This document shows, one piece after another, positions 62,876 to 64,000 of a stretch of 64,000 nucleotides of DNA; within the stretch, counting starts at the first letter, position 1, and every line of letters starts with the position of its first letter. Origin of the DNA: Lachnospiraceae bacterium (GTDB lineage Bacteria > Bacillota > Clostridia > Lachnospirales > Lachnospiraceae). The DNA lies in the NCBI GenBank assembly GCA_024698885.1, contig JAILQQ010000054.1, forward strand, positions 619 to 64,618. The letters run 5' to 3'. The translations under genes were made by a program, and so were the position numbers. The notes beneath the pieces are model-generated. The model was given only the letters and a program-made list of their open reading frames with translations, was not told where the DNA came from and searched no databases.

Positions 62876-64000
62876 TCATATCTCTTTCTCGTGCTGCTCC
62901 TGGATATTTTCGATAGCCGACAGCATCGGCTTCACATCCTTTTTCAGAAGTACCCTGTCCACGTAGTTCCTGGTGATCTTCATCACGGTTCCGCTGAGGG
63001 CAAGCACCCCGATCAGGTTCGGGATTGCCATCATACCGTTAAAGGTATCGGAAAGATCCCAGGCCAGCGCAAGATCCATCGTCGCGCCGACAAGGATGAA
63101 CACCACAAACAATACCTGATATATTTTGACTGCCTTCGTCCCGAACAGATATTCAAATCCCTTGCTGCCGTACTGGCTCCAGCCAAGCACGGTGGAAAAG
63201 GCAAAGAAAAGGATCGCGACCGCTATGAAGGCGGCACCGAACTTTCCGAAGATCGTGGAAAAGGCCTCTGCCACAAGAGCGGTGGAAACATTTTCGGATA
63301 TGACTGTTCCCGTCTCCAGATCCACCAGTCCGCTTGACAATACGGCAAAGGCGGTCAGGGTACAGACGATGATCGTATCCGCGAATACCTCAAAGATCCC
63401 CCACATACCCTGCACGACAGGCTCCCTGACATTGGAGCTTGAGTGGACCATGACCGAAGAACCAAGGCCGGCCTCATTTGAGAAAACGCCTCTCTTCATG
63501 CCCCACTGAACCGCATAGGCTACGCCGCTGCCGACGATCCCGCCGCCCACGGCCTTCATGCCGAAAGCGCCCTTGATGATCGAGGTAAACACCGCACCGA
63601 TCTGGTCAAAGTTAACAACAAGCACCGCGATCGCGCCGATCAGATAGATCACAGCCATAAAGGGAACTAACTTCTCCGTCACCGAAGCGATCCTCTTCAG
63701 GCCGCCGACAATAACTAAACCCGCGATGATCATCAGCACGAGGCCCGTTGCCAGCGCCGGAATGTGAAACGCCGAATCCATGTTGATCGCGATGGAGTTG
63801 ACCTGGCTCATATTGCCGATCCCGAAGGAGGCGATCACACAGAAAATACTGAACAGAACCGCCAGCACGGCACCGAGCTGCTTGCAGCCCTTCTTGGCGC
63901 CCAGACCGTCCTTCAGATAATACATGGCACCGCCGCACCATTCGTTCCTTTCATTTCTTCTTCTGTAGTAAATACCCAGAACATTTTCCGAGAAATTCGT
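62876..64000 (-). CDS. Alanine/glycine:cation symporter (AGCS) family transporter, 5' end beyond window
   Basis: The frame stays open upstream of the ORF-track Met. GGAMYYLKDGLG and the polytopic body are typical of AGCS transporters. Confidence 0.85.
   Translation of the reverse strand, partial: TNFSENVLGIYYRRRNERNEWCGGAMYYLKDGLGAKKGCKQLGAVLAVLFSIFCVIASFGIGNMSQVNSIAINMDSAFHIPALATGLVLMIIAGLVIVGGLKRIASVTEKLVPFMAVIYLIGAIAVLVVNFDQIGAVFTSIIKGAFGMKAVGGGIVGSGVAYAVQWGMKRGVFSNEAGLGSSVMVHSSSNVREPVVQGMWGIFEVFADTIIVCTLTAFAVLSSGLVDLETGTVISENVSTALVAEAFSTIFGKFGAAFIAVAILFFAFSTVLGWSQYGSKGFEYLFGTKAVKIYQVLFVVFILVGATMDLALAWDLSDTFNGMMAIPNLIGVLALSGTVMKITRNYVDRVLLKKDVKPMLSAIENIQEQHEKEI

Overview
GC-rich chromosomal segment from a Gram-positive anaerobe, probably Clostridia/Lachnospiraceae-like. 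That placement rests on strong GGAGG-type Shine-Dalgarno sites, a SigI/RsgI pair, a group-B [FeFe]-hydrogenase, many lipoproteins, and TTG/GTG starts. I call about 55 protein genes, mostly on the minus strand. I saw no rRNA, tRNA, CRISPR array, transposase or integrase.

Core and accessory content:
- A truncated RumA-type rRNA methyltransferase, a GH2 hydrolase, FeoAB and a Zn-alcohol dehydrogenase.
- A methyl-accepting chemotaxis protein and GlgX.
- A trpDCFBA block with no trpEG.
- A [FeFe]-hydrogenase, a GH36 alpha-galactosidase, a small K+ channel and a secreted M3 peptidase.
- A MacAB/HlyD-type efflux operon behind a DtxR-family repressor.
- A MazG/MATE operon, a Phd-VapC toxin-antitoxin islet and a BspA-type LRR lipoprotein.
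- PrsW, a sigI-rsgI locus and an HD-GYP phosphodiesterase.
- A three-component sugar sensor (dual-PBP lipoprotein, kinase, AraC-type regulator) fused to a YtfQRT/YjfF-like ABC importer.
- A nicotinamidase and a truncated alanine:cation symporter.

Candidates for something new, in my order of interest:
1. A translationally coupled gene pair, a chaperone-like protein plus a 1206-aa orphan protein. It sits directly downstream of a solute-binding-domain/EAL c-di-GMP sensor that is itself split by one in-frame TAG.
2. A modular three-hairpin intergenic repeat family, about 13 loci in 64 kb. Copies show compensatory stem substitutions, orientation follows transcription, and the conserved end abuts Shine-Dalgarno sites.
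3. A roughly 217-nt structured element of two 84-bp tandem units, closed by a 12-bp stem, upstream of the sensor operon.
4. An orphan monocistronic peptide with a double-glycine leader.
5. A sigI-rsgI locus in which the anti-sigma tail and a co-transcribed secreted protein share a Pro/Glu-rich repeat motif.

All family assignments are made by eye from motifs. No database search was run.
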